Counted from the first letter of the stretch, positions 10,620 through 19,844 are shown. The stretch: 64,000 nt of DNA from an uncultured delta proteobacterium (GCA_963782435.1 CAWAKF010000030.1:84573-148572); one strand, 5' to 3'. A program made the numbers and translations. Notes: generated by a model not told the origin, from the letters alone.

Positions 10620-11035
10620 AAAGGATGAATGATGAAGGGTGAATTATGAAACATTAGCCTTCGTCTTCTTTGAGATGGTAGTGAGGATGGCCAAGAGTTG
10701 ATCGCATTCGTCCCGAAGGGCGGTAAGTTCCGCGTCAGGGACAATCGATGATTCCGCCAATAGCTCAAGCCAATAGGCAGTTTCGTCGAGTTCCTTAAGG
10801 CAGTCCCCGATCTTGGCGATGAACTCCGGCGTTGACCGAGCCCGATTTGCCTCTCGGTAATTGGCTCCAACGGATGTACCGGAGCGTAGGACCTGTTTGC
10901 CCAAAACCTGCGCTTCGGTTGACTTCGGTAATGCGGAATACATTCGAATCACCTGTAACGCAAACTCCTTCGTCCGAACCTGTAAATTTTTCAACTCTTT
11001 TTTTCCCTTCATCATTCACAATTCATCCTTCAACC
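10620..11035. repeat. period-7 inverted arms (TGAAnnn / nnnTTCA) bracketing the four-helix-bundle gene
   Basis: Minus strand 5' arm tgaagga tgaattg tgaatga tgaaggg (11005-11035); 3' arm ttcataa ttcaccc ttcatca ttcatcc (10620-10650). Confidence 0.85.
10644..11015 (-). CDS. four helix bundle protein (23S rRNA IVP / bAvd-like family)
   Basis: RTKEFAL...QVLRSGTSVGANYREA.RARS..EF..K....LKELDET.YWLELL. Confidence 0.92.
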   Translation of the reverse strand: MMKGKKELKNLQVRTKEFALQVIRMYSALPKSTEAQVLGKQVLRSGTSVGANYREANRARSTPEFIAKIGDCLKELDETAYWLELLAESSIVPDAELTALRDECDQLLAILTTISKKTKANVS

Positions 11036-11093
11036 TTCTTTTCCCACCAGACGCGGGCGAGGGATTGGATCTTCTTGTCGAATTCGATTTTTT

Positions 11094-11798
11094 TTAACCC
11101 AAAGTTTCTGAAAAATACGCCTTGTCCCAAATATTATCTCCCTTATCAAGATCCTTCTTGACCTCAGGAAAAGTAGCCAGAATTGCTTTTTTTAAGGAGA
11201 GCTTAAGTTTTCGGATGATGACTTCTATGGATTTTCCCCCATCGGATTCGACATAAATATGCAGGTGATCCGGAGCCAGCCAGAGCAGACGGGCAACTCC
11301 CCCAACGAGCCCCCCGCAACCAATAAGCGTATCAATAACTAAATTAAAATATTCTTTTTCAGGAGAAAAGACAGGTGTCCTTTGGCTGACATTCCAGGCC
11401 AAATGATACTTGAGTTCCATAAAAACCCCATCGGGATATTGTTTCAATTTCTGCAGAGCCAAGGCTTTCTGGTATTTGAACTTGTCGAAGCCCATTATTT
11501 CATGAATGGATTTATGCCTTGACTTTCGATCAACTGGAGCAGGGCGCGTTACCTCAGCCGAACCAATAAGGTTTAATCTCGGGCGAAAGGCGTGACAAGA
11601 AAAATTGTGATCATCTTGGACGGCTCGGTTCAGATGACAAAGAATCCCTTCCTTAAATTCCAAATCTCGGCAAACCAGGCAGCGGCTATCGGTCCGGACC
11701 CTATAAAACTTGTCACATTCCAGACATCTTTGAGGAGTATTTTTTTCAGGCATAGCTACTCGGTATCTTTTGAAGCGGCATGGCACGACCGGCAACAT
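11094..11798 (-). CDS. Cys-rich N-terminal domain fused to an IS200/IS605 (Y1 HUH) transposase-like domain lacking the catalytic Tyr helix
   Basis: CLEC..CLVC..C..C N-terminus; LKYHLAW, PDHLHIY (HUH), IWDKAYFSETLG*. Confidence 0.75.
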   Translation of the reverse strand: MLPVVPCRFKRYRVAMPEKNTPQRCLECDKFYRVRTDSRCLVCRDLEFKEGILCHLNRAVQDDHNFSCHAFRPRLNLIGSAEVTRPAPVDRKSRHKSIHEIMGFDKFKYQKALALQKLKQYPDGVFMELKYHLAWNVSQRTPVFSPEKEYFNLVIDTLIGCGGLVGGVARLLWLAPDHLHIYVESDGGKSIEVIIRKLKLSLKKAILATFPEVKKDLDKGDNIWDKAYFSETLG

Positions 11799-11815
11799 TT
11801 AGCCTTCGCATTGGG

Positions 11816-12040
11816 TCACGTTACCTCATAGGTTTTTTCCTCTTCACCCCAGACGCGGGCGAGAGTGGCCTGAATCTTCTTCTCGAAGCGGGCGATCAAT
11901 TCGCGGTTGGCGGCAACCAACGCCTGCTCGGCTTCGATCTCGGCTACGATGGCTTGCTGCGTGGCGAGGGGTGGAAGTGGTAGCTTGAACCTCAAAACGT
12001 CGCCCTTGGTGATGTTCGGATTTTTTCGAGTGCTGTGAGC
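11816..12040 (-). pseudogene. 3' remnant of a type I R-M specificity (HsdS or HsdM-S fusion) gene
   Basis: Manual translation ...NPNITKGDVLRFKLPLPPLATQQAIVAEIEAEQALVAANRELIARFEKKIQATLARVWGEEEKTYEVT*. Confidence 0.75.
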
Positions 12041-12294
12041 GGGTTTTTGTCCTCCGATTTGGCCTCAAGGACAATGAGCGGAAAGCCTTTGTTGTCTAAC
12101 AGCAGAAAATCGATGAAACCCTTGCTCGTCTTCTCGAAGTTCTCGCCAAGGGCTTCCAGATCGGTTTTCTTGATTGTGACACCGGGTTCGAGGCGAATGT
12201 TGGCTGGGGTGCTCCCTTCCGGAAAGAAACGCCAGCCTGCCGCTTCAAGCAGCTTGTTGATTTTGATACGGGCCGTGGCTTCCTTATCAGACAT
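12037..12294 (-). pseudogene. hsdR: 5' remnant of a type I restriction endonuclease subunit R
   Basis: MSDKEATARIKINKLLEAAGW...FIDFLLLD..GFPLIVLEAKSEDKNPL (PD-ExK start); homology ends after about 86 codons. Confidence 0.8.
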
Positions 12295-12400
12295 TCTGAT
12301 TCCTATTTTCCCCTCCTGTCCAAAATAAAACCCCCCATCTCTTTTTCAAGAATTAGGGTCTTGTCGGACTGTTTCATGGACCAGCCTTTCGGGTTTAAGA

Positions 12401-12470
12401 GCTATCAGCAATCAGCATTCAGTTTTCAGGAAAATATTTGGTAATAAAGACTTATGGTGGCGGCTGACTA
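12401..12470. repeat. period-7 repeat (GnnnTCA) with a degenerate inverted arm
   Basis: gctatca gcaatca gcattca gttttca g ... ggctgac. Confidence 0.6.
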
Positions 12471-12730
12471 TTAATGTCTATTTGCTCTATTTTAAACCAT
12501 AACAAACAGTTAAAGTCAACATTTATGGGAAAAATATCTTTAATCCTTGGGGAGGGAGTGCTCGAATCCCCAATTTAAAGTTGGGTCCCCACCTTTACGA
12601 GACGAAGAAAAACATTGCCTATAGGTTGCAAGTCGTGGTAAAATTATCACAATTTAAATAAAGTCCGTAATAGTAATAACAAGTGGTTACGATTTTTCGG
12701 CGTTTTCTCTATTCAGAAACAAAGACTGAA

Positions 12731-12768
12731 AAAGCGGGCAAGGTTTATAAAACTTCCCCGCTTTTTTT
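12731..12768 (+). repeat. terminator-like hairpin resembling the one after tRNA-Leu
   Basis: aaagcgggcaaggtttataaaacttccccgctttttt versus aagcgggcaagttttcaataacttgcccgctttt at 9080. Confidence 0.6.
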
Positions 12769-12806
12769 ATAAAGAATACGGCCGGAAGGAGGGGTCAGGA
12801 GATAAG

Positions 12807-13881
12807 ATGGAAACAGAAAAGGTTTTCAAATATGATTTTGAAACAGGGATCTACCGACCGCCGAGTGAGGGGGGGAGCTATTCTTTGCTCCTAAGGTTCA
12901 CGCGAAACTGCCCCTGGAACCAGTGCACTTTTTGCGGTATGTATAAAGAAGAAAAATTTTCCTTCCGCACTGCTGAGGAAATAAAAAGCGATATTGACGC
13001 TATCTCCGCTTTTTGCGCCGGATTAATGACCATTTCCATCGAACTCGGCTTCGAGGGTGAAATCAACCGGGCCGTCGTCATGGAGATGATCCATCGAGAA
13101 CCGGCTATAAATACCCATTCGGGATTCATCATGGTCCTGAACTGGCTCCTGTCCGGGGGTAAGACCGCTTTTTTACAGGATGGCAACAGCCCGGGCATGC
13201 AAACCCAAACGCTGGTCGAATCGTTGAAATATTTAAGGGAAACCTTTCCATCCCTGGAAAGGGTTACCTCCTATGCCCGGTCTAAAACCCTGGCCCGGAA
13301 GAGCCTGGAGGAATTGAAGGCCATTCATGAAGCCGGATTGGACCGGCTCCATGTGGGTTTGGAAACCGGGGATGATGTGCTTTTGAAAAGGGTCAAGAAA
13401 GGGGTCACTGGGGCCGAACATATCGAGGGCGGGAAAAAGGCTATGGAAGCCGGTTTCCAACTGTCCGAATACTGGATGCCGGGACTGGGAGGGAAAGAGG
13501 GGTGGGAAAGCCCACGCCCGGAATACGGCCCGGGTACTTAATGCCATTAACCCCCATTACATTCGGTCCCGTCCTTTTGTCCCGTCTCCAGGAACCCCTA
13601 TCTTCGAAGATTTTGCAAGCGGGGTATGCCACCAATTGACCGGGGCAGAGCAATTACAAGAACTCAAGCTGATGATCGAGACATTGGAAGTCACTTCAAA
13701 GGTCTGTTTTGATCACGCCGGGAATTACTGGTTGAATCGACGGGGGCATCTGTTGTTTACCCAGGACTATGAGGGATACCGGTTTCCGGATCAAAAGTCA
13801 CGGGTTCTGGCCCTGATCGAGGAAGGCCTCGAGGCCCAGAAGATCCGTCCCCAGGCGATCAGAAACGATTTTTTGCGCTGA
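12807..13881 (+). CDS. radical SAM protein (frameshift near 13515)
   Basis: IYRPPSE, CPWNQCTFC (CxxxCxxC), GLETGDD; continues in the 13636-13881 frame (DHAGN). Confidence 0.88.
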
Positions 13882-14087
13882 AAAGGGAACTAAAGATATC
13901 TGAAATTTTGCAATCCTTCAAGAGGTTTTAAAGAAAATTTATTTCAAAAAACTGAACCGAAAACAATATTAGAGATAAATATTCAAATGACAGGTGTAAA
14001 AATCTATGCCTCATTCGGGAGTTACCCCGGAAGAGGGGGCCATTTACAGGGCAGTTGTCTTTGAATATTTTTCAAAAGCCCCTGTTT

Positions 14088-14166
14088 GTCATTCCGGGCT
14101 TGGACCCGGAATCCAATAATTTAAAAGTCTCCTGGACCCCGGCTTTTCAACATAGAGGGGTGACGG
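14088..14166. repeat. REP/REPIN-like palindromic element
   Basis: gtcattccgggcttggacccggaatcca ... tggaccccggc ... ggggtgacg. Confidence 0.7.
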
Positions 14167-14243
14167 CAGTCGGTACCGTTTTTATAATCGATTAACAAAA
14201 TTTTGTCGATGTATCGGCATTATACACCTAAAAGGGAGGATAA

Positions 14244-15920
14244 TTGGAAATGGGAATAAGCTCGGAACCTTTACATTACCAATATTGGCCCAAAGGGGTC
14301 CCCCATACGGTCAATGTGCCAAGAACCTCGTTATACTACAATCTTGAAGTCTCGGCCAACCGCTACCCGGAGAAAACAGCGATTTCCTATTATGGATCAC
14401 ACCTTTCCTATGTCCGTTTCAAATCAGAGGTGGATGCCCTGGCCGGGTATCTTCAGCAACAGTGCGGGGTGAAGAAGGGGGATCGCATCCTTCTGTATAT
14501 GCAAAACAGTCCCCAATTCATCATCGCCTACTATGCCGTGCTTCGGGCTGATGCGGTCCTGGTTCCGGCCAACCCGATGAACCTGACCGAAGAAATGAAA
14601 CACTATGTGGAAGATTCCGGTGCCTTGGTAGCGATCTGTGCCCTCGACCTTTTCCCGCGCCTCCAACCCCTGATGGGCCCAGGGGGCATTGAACATGTGG
14701 TCGTGGCTGATTATGGGGATTATGTCACCGAGCCTACCGATATCCCCATACCGGATTTTATCCGTTCCTCCGGTCCTGAACCGGCCGGCAACGGGGTAAC
14801 GACTTGGAAAGAAGCCTTGGCAACCGACTGTAAACCGGGACTCCACCTGGCGGGGCCCGACGACCTCGCGGCCATTTGCTATACCTCAGGAACAACCGGA
14901 AAACCGAAGGGCTGTATGCATACTCATAGCTCGCTAATGGCCACTACAGTGCTGCCCAGCGTCTGGCAATATGGTTCCTGTGAAGAGGTCCTTCTTGGCG
15001 TTGTGCCTTTTTTCCACGTGACCGGCATGCAGATTTGTATGAACATGCCTATTTATCTCGGTGCGGAGATTGTCGTCATGACCCGTTGGGATCGGGAATT
15101 GGCCCTGGTTTTAATTGACCGCCATCAGGTAACCAACTGGACCAACATTCCCACCATGATCATTGACCTCTTCGCCAGTCCCAATTTCAAGAGCGATAGC
15201 CTGAAAAGTCTGCGATACATCGGGGGTGGCGGAGCGGCCATGCCCGAGGCTGTGGCCGCAAGGCTTTTTGAACTCACCGGGCTTTCTTATGTCGAAGGCT
15301 ACGGACTTACAGAAACCGCAGCGCCCTCTCATACCAACCATCCCTCCCGTCCTAAGCGACAGTGTCTCGGCATCCCTTTATGCAATACCGAATCCTTAGT
15401 GGTGAATCCCCAGACGCTGGAACCCCTGGGCCCCAACCAGACCGGTGAGATCGTCTCCCGGGGTCCCCAGGTATTCAAAGGGTACTGGAAAAATCCCCAG
15501 GCCACCCAAGACAGTTTTGTCGCGATAGACGACAAAACCTTCTTCCTCACCGGCGATCTGGGCTACTACGACGAGGATGGCTACTTTTTTATCGTGGACC
15601 GGTTGAAACGGATGATCAACGCCTCCGGTTTCAAGGTCTGGCCGGCAGAGGTGGAGTCCATGATGTTCGGCCATCCGGACATACAGGAAGCCTGTATCAT
15701 TAGCGCCAGAGATGCTCATCGCGGCGAAACCGTCAAGGCGGTCGTGGTCCTTAAGGAAAATTCCAAGGGGAAGATCACCGCTCAGGATATTGTCAACTGG
15801 TGCCGGGAAAGGATGGCCGCTTACAAATATCCACGGATCATTGAGTTTGTGGATGAACTGCCCAAGTCCGGGTCCGGAAAAGTTCAGTGGCGGTTGCTGC
15901 AGGAGAAGGAAAACGCCTAA
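14244..15920 (+). CDS. long-chain fatty acid-CoA ligase (AMP-binding family)
   Basis: YTSGTTGKPKG, EGYGLTET, TGDLG, DRLKRMI, LPKSGSGKV. Confidence 0.95.
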   Translation: MEMGISSEPLHYQYWPKGVPHTVNVPRTSLYYNLEVSANRYPEKTAISYYGSHLSYVRFKSEVDALAGYLQQQCGVKKGDRILLYMQNSPQFIIAYYAVLRADAVLVPANPMNLTEEMKHYVEDSGALVAICALDLFPRLQPLMGPGGIEHVVVADYGDYVTEPTDIPIPDFIRSSGPEPAGNGVTTWKEALATDCKPGLHLAGPDDLAAICYTSGTTGKPKGCMHTHSSLMATTVLPSVWQYGSCEEVLLGVVPFFHVTGMQICMNMPIYLGAEIVVMTRWDRELALVLIDRHQVTNWTNIPTMIIDLFASPNFKSDSLKSLRYIGGGGAAMPEAVAARLFELTGLSYVEGYGLTETAAPSHTNHPSRPKRQCLGIPLCNTESLVVNPQTLEPLGPNQTGEIVSRGPQVFKGYWKNPQATQDSFVAIDDKTFFLTGDLGYYDEDGYFFIVDRLKRMINASGFKVWPAEVESMMFGHPDIQEACIISARDAHRGETVKAVVVLKENSKGKITAQDIVNWCRERMAAYKYPRIIEFVDELPKSGSGKVQWRLLQEKENA

Positions 15921-15994
15921 GATCATTAACCGGACATATTTTCAATCCTTTTTCGCCACGGACAAAGCAGACAAGATAGACGAAAGTCTGCAGG

Positions 15995-16030
15995 GGAAAA
16001 AATCCTGGCAACCCCAAGGTGGATTTTTTC
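15995..16030. terminator. hairpin between convergent genes
   Basis: gaaaaaaatcc...ggattttttc. Confidence 0.45.
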
Positions 16031-16069
16031 AATTATGCACTCATTAGTAAGTTATAGAAAAAATTAAAC

Positions 16070-17185
16070 TTAGAAAATAATTTTTTTCAATGGCGTGTAT
16101 TCGCAACCCAGATCACCGGCCAAATTGGCACAGGTGACTTCACCTCGAAAAACGTTGACCCCTTTGGCCAGAGCCGGGTCGTCGTGGACTGCCTTGGCCA
16201 GCCCCTTGTTGGCCAAAGCCTGGGCGTAGGGCAGGGTAACATTGGTCAGGGCGAAAGTAGAAGTCCGTGAAACAGCGGCCGGCATATTAGTCACACCGTA
16301 ATGAATCACACCGTCCACCAAATAAATCGGGTCTGTGTGGGTCGTGGGTTTGGTGGTCTCGCAACATCCCCCTTGGTCTACTGAAACGTCTACCACGACG
16401 GTTCCCGGTTTCATTGAACCGATCATCTCCCGGGTGACCAGGTTGGGCGTTCGGCCTCCAGGGATGAGGACCGCTCCGATAACCAGATGGGCGTCCTTTA
16501 TCGAATGGGCGATGTTATCATAATTGGACATAAGGGTGTTGATCCGGGTCCCGAAGATATCATCCAGGTAGGCCAGACGCTGGGGATTGTTGTCCAGGAT
16601 GGTCACATAGGCCCCCAGCCCGATGGCTATCTTGGCTGCATTGATGCCCACGGTTCCGGCCCCAATAATTGCCACTTTCCCGCGGGCCACCCCAGGCACC
16701 CCGCCCAACAAAACCCCTCGGCCGCCGTAACCCTTTTCCAGATAGTGGGATCCCACCTGAACAGCCATTCGTCCGGCCACCACGCTCATAGGTGTCAGCA
16801 GGGGCAGCGATCCATCCGCCAGTTGAATGGTTTCATAGGCTACTCCAATGATCCTGCGTTGTAACAGACCTTGGGTCAATTCAGGCGAAGGCGCCAAGTG
16901 CAGATAGGCAAACAGGATTTGCCCTTCCCTGAGGAGTGGAATTTCCTGGGGAATGGGTTCCTTGACCTTCATAACCAGCTCTGCCTGACCATAAACTTGG
17001 TCTGCCTCGGCGACTATTACGGCTCCGGCCTCGATGAATTCTTCATCCTGGATGCCGCTCCCCTCCCCGGCCCCGGCCTGGACCAAAACCTGATGTCCAT
17101 CTTTCACTAGAATCCGCACGCCGGCCGGCACCACCCCCACCCGGTATTCATGATTTTTTATTTCCTTAGGGATTCCGATGATCAT
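16070..17185 (-). CDS. ald: alanine dehydrogenase
   Basis: True start MIIGIPKEIKNHEYRV at 17185; KVKEP, GAGTVG, DVSVDQGG, VTNMPAAV. Confidence 0.96.
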   Translation of the reverse strand: MIIGIPKEIKNHEYRVGVVPAGVRILVKDGHQVLVQAGAGEGSGIQDEEFIEAGAVIVAEADQVYGQAELVMKVKEPIPQEIPLLREGQILFAYLHLAPSPELTQGLLQRRIIGVAYETIQLADGSLPLLTPMSVVAGRMAVQVGSHYLEKGYGGRGVLLGGVPGVARGKVAIIGAGTVGINAAKIAIGLGAYVTILDNNPQRLAYLDDIFGTRINTLMSNYDNIAHSIKDAHLVIGAVLIPGGRTPNLVTREMIGSMKPGTVVVDVSVDQGGCCETTKPTTHTDPIYLVDGVIHYGVTNMPAAVSRTSTFALTNVTLPYAQALANKGLAKAVHDDPALAKGVNVFRGEVTCANLAGDLGCEYTPLKKIIF

Positions 17186-17216
17186 TGGATATCCAATCCT
17201 TTCATTGAAAAAGCGT

Positions 17217-17265
17217 ATTAAACCCTCATGCCCGATCGAAGCGGGCGCCGACGAAGTATGAAAAT
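17217..17265. repeat. structured ~45-nt motif, copy A
   Basis: attaaaccctcatgcccgatcgaagcgggcgccgacgaagtatgaaaat; matches 18019-18061. Confidence 0.7.
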
Positions 17266-17287
17266 GTTGTATTAACGGCGGAAAACT

Positions 17288-17365
17288 CGTCATTCCGGCA
17301 AAAGCCGGAATCCAGGTTAAATTAATATTATCAATCCTGGATGCCGGATCAAGTCCGGCATGACG
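17288..17365. repeat. REPIN-like inverted pair of REP palindromes
   Basis: cgtcattccggcaaaagccggaatccagg ... cctggatgccggatcaagtccggcatgacg. Confidence 0.8.
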
Positions 17366-17457
17366 GAGAATAAACAAGCCTGGAGTTTAATCCAGAATTA
17401 TTTTTGTATTAAATATATGACTGATATTACCAACTCAATGGAAAATATTCAAATTTT

Positions 17458-17997
17458 TCACTCAATCAAAAAAGGGATGGGTTTCCTGCAAACCAGTTGG
17501 GCTATTGATCTTCGGGGATTTTCCAAAGTCCCTTCAAAATAATGGATCACCTCCCAGTCCTTAAACCAATCGAACAACTCCCTGGGTTCCAGAAGATAAT
17601 CAGGATTATAAGGGCGACCATATAAAGTTTGTTGGCTGGTATAGGTTTCATAAATTAGGACACCTCCTGGTTTTAAGGCTTGTTTGATAAAGGGTATTAA
17701 AGAACGATGGAGGTAGCGGAAGACCAAAATAGCCCGATATTGATCTTTTTCTAATGGATTTTGACCAGTTTCCAGATTGATTTCCCAATAAGTTATTGGC
17801 AGCCCTTTTTCTTCCGCCGTTTTTTGGGCCATTCTCAAGGAATTGGGGTTTCGATCGGCCAGGACCACCGGGAAACCCATTTCCGCTAGAAAAAGACCAT
17901 TTTGCCCTTTACCACAAGCCAAGTCGAGGACCGGACCCTTGATGCCCGCCTCCATAATGAGAGGAACAAAGGATTTCAGTAAAATATCGGGGTTCAT
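17458..17997 (-). CDS. class I SAM-dependent methyltransferase (TehB-like)
   Basis: VLDLACGKGQN, FRYLHR, LKPGGVLIYET; likely start MNPDILL. Confidence 0.88.
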   Translation of the reverse strand: MNPDILLKSFVPLIMEAGIKGPVLDLACGKGQNGLFLAEMGFPVVLADRNPNSLRMAQKTAEEKGLPITYWEINLETGQNPLEKDQYRAILVFRYLHRSLIPFIKQALKPGGVLIYETYTSQQTLYGRPYNPDYLLEPRELFDWFKDWEVIHYFEGTLENPRRSIAQLVCRKPIPFLIE

Positions 17998-18018
17998 TTT
18001 CTTTCCTATGATTCTTAA

Positions 18019-18061
18019 ATTAAACCCTCTTGCCCTTCGGGGCACCACGAGGCATGAAAAT
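18019..18061. repeat. structured ~45-nt motif, copy B
   Basis: attaaaccctcttgcccttcggggcaccacgaggcatgaaaat. Confidence 0.7.
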
Positions 18062-18065
18062 AATC

Positions 18066-18094
18066 CGTAGGGGTGGGTTTCAACCTCCCCCTAC
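18066..18094. repeat. GTAG-type REP palindrome
   Basis: cgtaggggtgggtttcaacctcccctac. Confidence 0.6.
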
Positions 18095-18234
18095 AAAACC
18101 CCAACCGTGGTTAGGGACCGGAACCATTCTCTCTTCGAATTAAATTATCCCTATCCGATCATTAAAGTCAAATTTTTGCTGAAAAAATGATTTCCGCATT
18201 TTTTTTCTTTCCGGTTTAAAAATATTTCCATCGG

Positions 18235-18264
18235 TTGACATTTATCTAAAGAAATGTGTATATT
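18235..18264 (+). promoter_or_regulatory. sigma70-type promoter of the divergent GAPDH
   Basis: TTGACA-18 nt-TATATT. Confidence 0.6.
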
Positions 18265-18387
18265 TTATTTAATATTTAGAAAAGGTAAACCCTTTCCTAT
18301 ACGCCCCGAAAAATAGGAGGCAGGGTATTTAAACCGTTTTTTTGAAATCGATCTAATAAACTCACGTGAAAATATAGGAGGTGCACA

Positions 18388-19665
18388 ATGGCTAAAGTTC
18401 AAGTCTTCGAAAATAAAAAGCCCACTCTCGGTATTAACGGGCTTGGCCGGATCGGAAAGCTGACGCTGTGGCATCACCTGGCACGGAAACATTTCCAGGA
18501 GATCGTTGTCAATATCGGACGGGAAGCGGGGACAGGGTTATCGACCATTGCCCAGCGAATCGAAACCGATACGACTTATGGACCGGTCCACCGATTTCTT
18601 TATGGGCTTAAAGCCCAACGGTTTATCGAGATTGTCGATGAAAAGACAGGAAAAATGATTATTGACGGCATCCCTGTGACTATTTTAAGGGAAGCACGCA
18701 ACCCGGCGGAGATCAAGTGGCGTGACTATGGGGTGGATATGGTTGTGGAGTGCACCAGCCAGTTCAGGGACCCCACGATCCCCCCGGACGACAAGAAGGG
18801 CTCTATCCGGGGGCATTTGGCGGCCGGGGCTAAAGTGGTCATCAATTCCTCTCCTTTTAAAATAAAGGATAAGGCCCTGCGTACGCCTGAAGATGCCATC
18901 ACGCTGATCTACGGGATCAACCACGCTGCCTTTGACAAGAAAAATCATTCTGTGCTCTCAGCTGCTTCCTGCACCACTACGGGACTGGCCCATATGGTCA
19001 AGCCCCTGCTGGAAAATGAGGAGACCAACAAGATCCTGACTGCTTCCCTGTCGACCGTACATGCCGTGACCAATTCCCAGGCTGTTCTCGATTCCATGCC
19101 CAAGGCGGGCGAAAAGGATTTGAGGAAAAATAGGAGTATCCTGAACAATATCATTCTTACCTCCACCAACGCCGCCGCTGCCTTGGCCGAGGTTATCCCG
19201 GAGGTTAAAAATATCGGGTTTATGGCTGATTCCATCCGGATACCCACCAATACGGAATCACTGATCGTCCTTAATGTTACCTTCCAAAGCAAAAATACTC
19301 CGACTGGAACAGCCCTCGAATTAGACACTAAAGTCATCAACCGGATCTACCAGAAGGTCAGTGAGCGGGACCCGGAAAAACTACTCGTTTTTTCAATGGA
19401 ACAAAATGTCTCCAGCGATCTCATCGGCTTGAATGCGGCGGTGGTGATCGAAGGCCAGTTCAACCATACCCGGACCTCTTTTATCGATATCGACTGCGCT
19501 TGCATTCCCGGTCTGCCCCCACAGGCCCTTCCGTCCCTGGAGACGAATACCCTCCGGGTGCCGGTGGTCCATGCCAAGATCTTCGGGTGGTATGATAATG
19601 AGTATGGGAGTTATGTGAATCGGTTGGGGGATCTAACGGTTCATGTGCATAAACAATTGACATAA
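18388..19665 (+). CDS. divergent long-form glyceraldehyde-3-phosphate dehydrogenase homologue
   Basis: GINGLGRIG, SAASCTTTGLA, TVHAVTNSQ, WYDNEYG; 425 aa with insertions; GGAGG RBS. Confidence 0.88.
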   Translation: MAKVQVFENKKPTLGINGLGRIGKLTLWHHLARKHFQEIVVNIGREAGTGLSTIAQRIETDTTYGPVHRFLYGLKAQRFIEIVDEKTGKMIIDGIPVTILREARNPAEIKWRDYGVDMVVECTSQFRDPTIPPDDKKGSIRGHLAAGAKVVINSSPFKIKDKALRTPEDAITLIYGINHAAFDKKNHSVLSAASCTTTGLAHMVKPLLENEETNKILTASLSTVHAVTNSQAVLDSMPKAGEKDLRKNRSILNNIILTSTNAAAALAEVIPEVKNIGFMADSIRIPTNTESLIVLNVTFQSKNTPTGTALELDTKVINRIYQKVSERDPEKLLVFSMEQNVSSDLIGLNAAVVIEGQFNHTRTSFIDIDCACIPGLPPQALPSLETNTLRVPVVHAKIFGWYDNEYGSYVNRLGDLTVHVHKQLT

Positions 19666-19670
19666 AAGAT

Positions 19671-19840
19671 AGGGTTTAAGGTATAGGTGGAGGTATCAGG
19701 TAAGAGGTTCAAGGTTTATGGTTTTAGGTGTTTGGTAGAGAGACTTTAACTGAAGATCGAAAAAAATGGTCCAGAACAAAGGTGTTTTTCATTGTTTAAA
19801 ACCAGGGACCTTACACCGTACACCTTAAACCTTATACCTC
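19671..19840. repeat. period-7 inverted-arm repeat between convergent genes
   Basis: aaggtat...gaggttc aaggttt atggttt taggtg / ggacctt acaccgt acacctt aaacctt atacctc. Confidence 0.8.
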
Positions 19841-19844
19841 GTTG

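Noticed and set aside
10644-11015. Diversity-generating retroelement (Avd-like gene)
   Set aside because: No reverse transcriptase and no TR/VR pair with adenine-specific mismatches is visible; the 11047/11849 duplicate differs at non-A positions and by an indel.
11094-11798. Active IS200/IS605 element
   Set aside because: No catalytic Tyr helix, no tnpB, and no recognisable subterminal hairpins.
17186-17377. 64-aa N-terminal extension of Ald
   Set aside because: It is read-through of a REPIN and the structured motif (WIPAFAGMT is typical translated REP sequence); the family start is MIIGIPKE.
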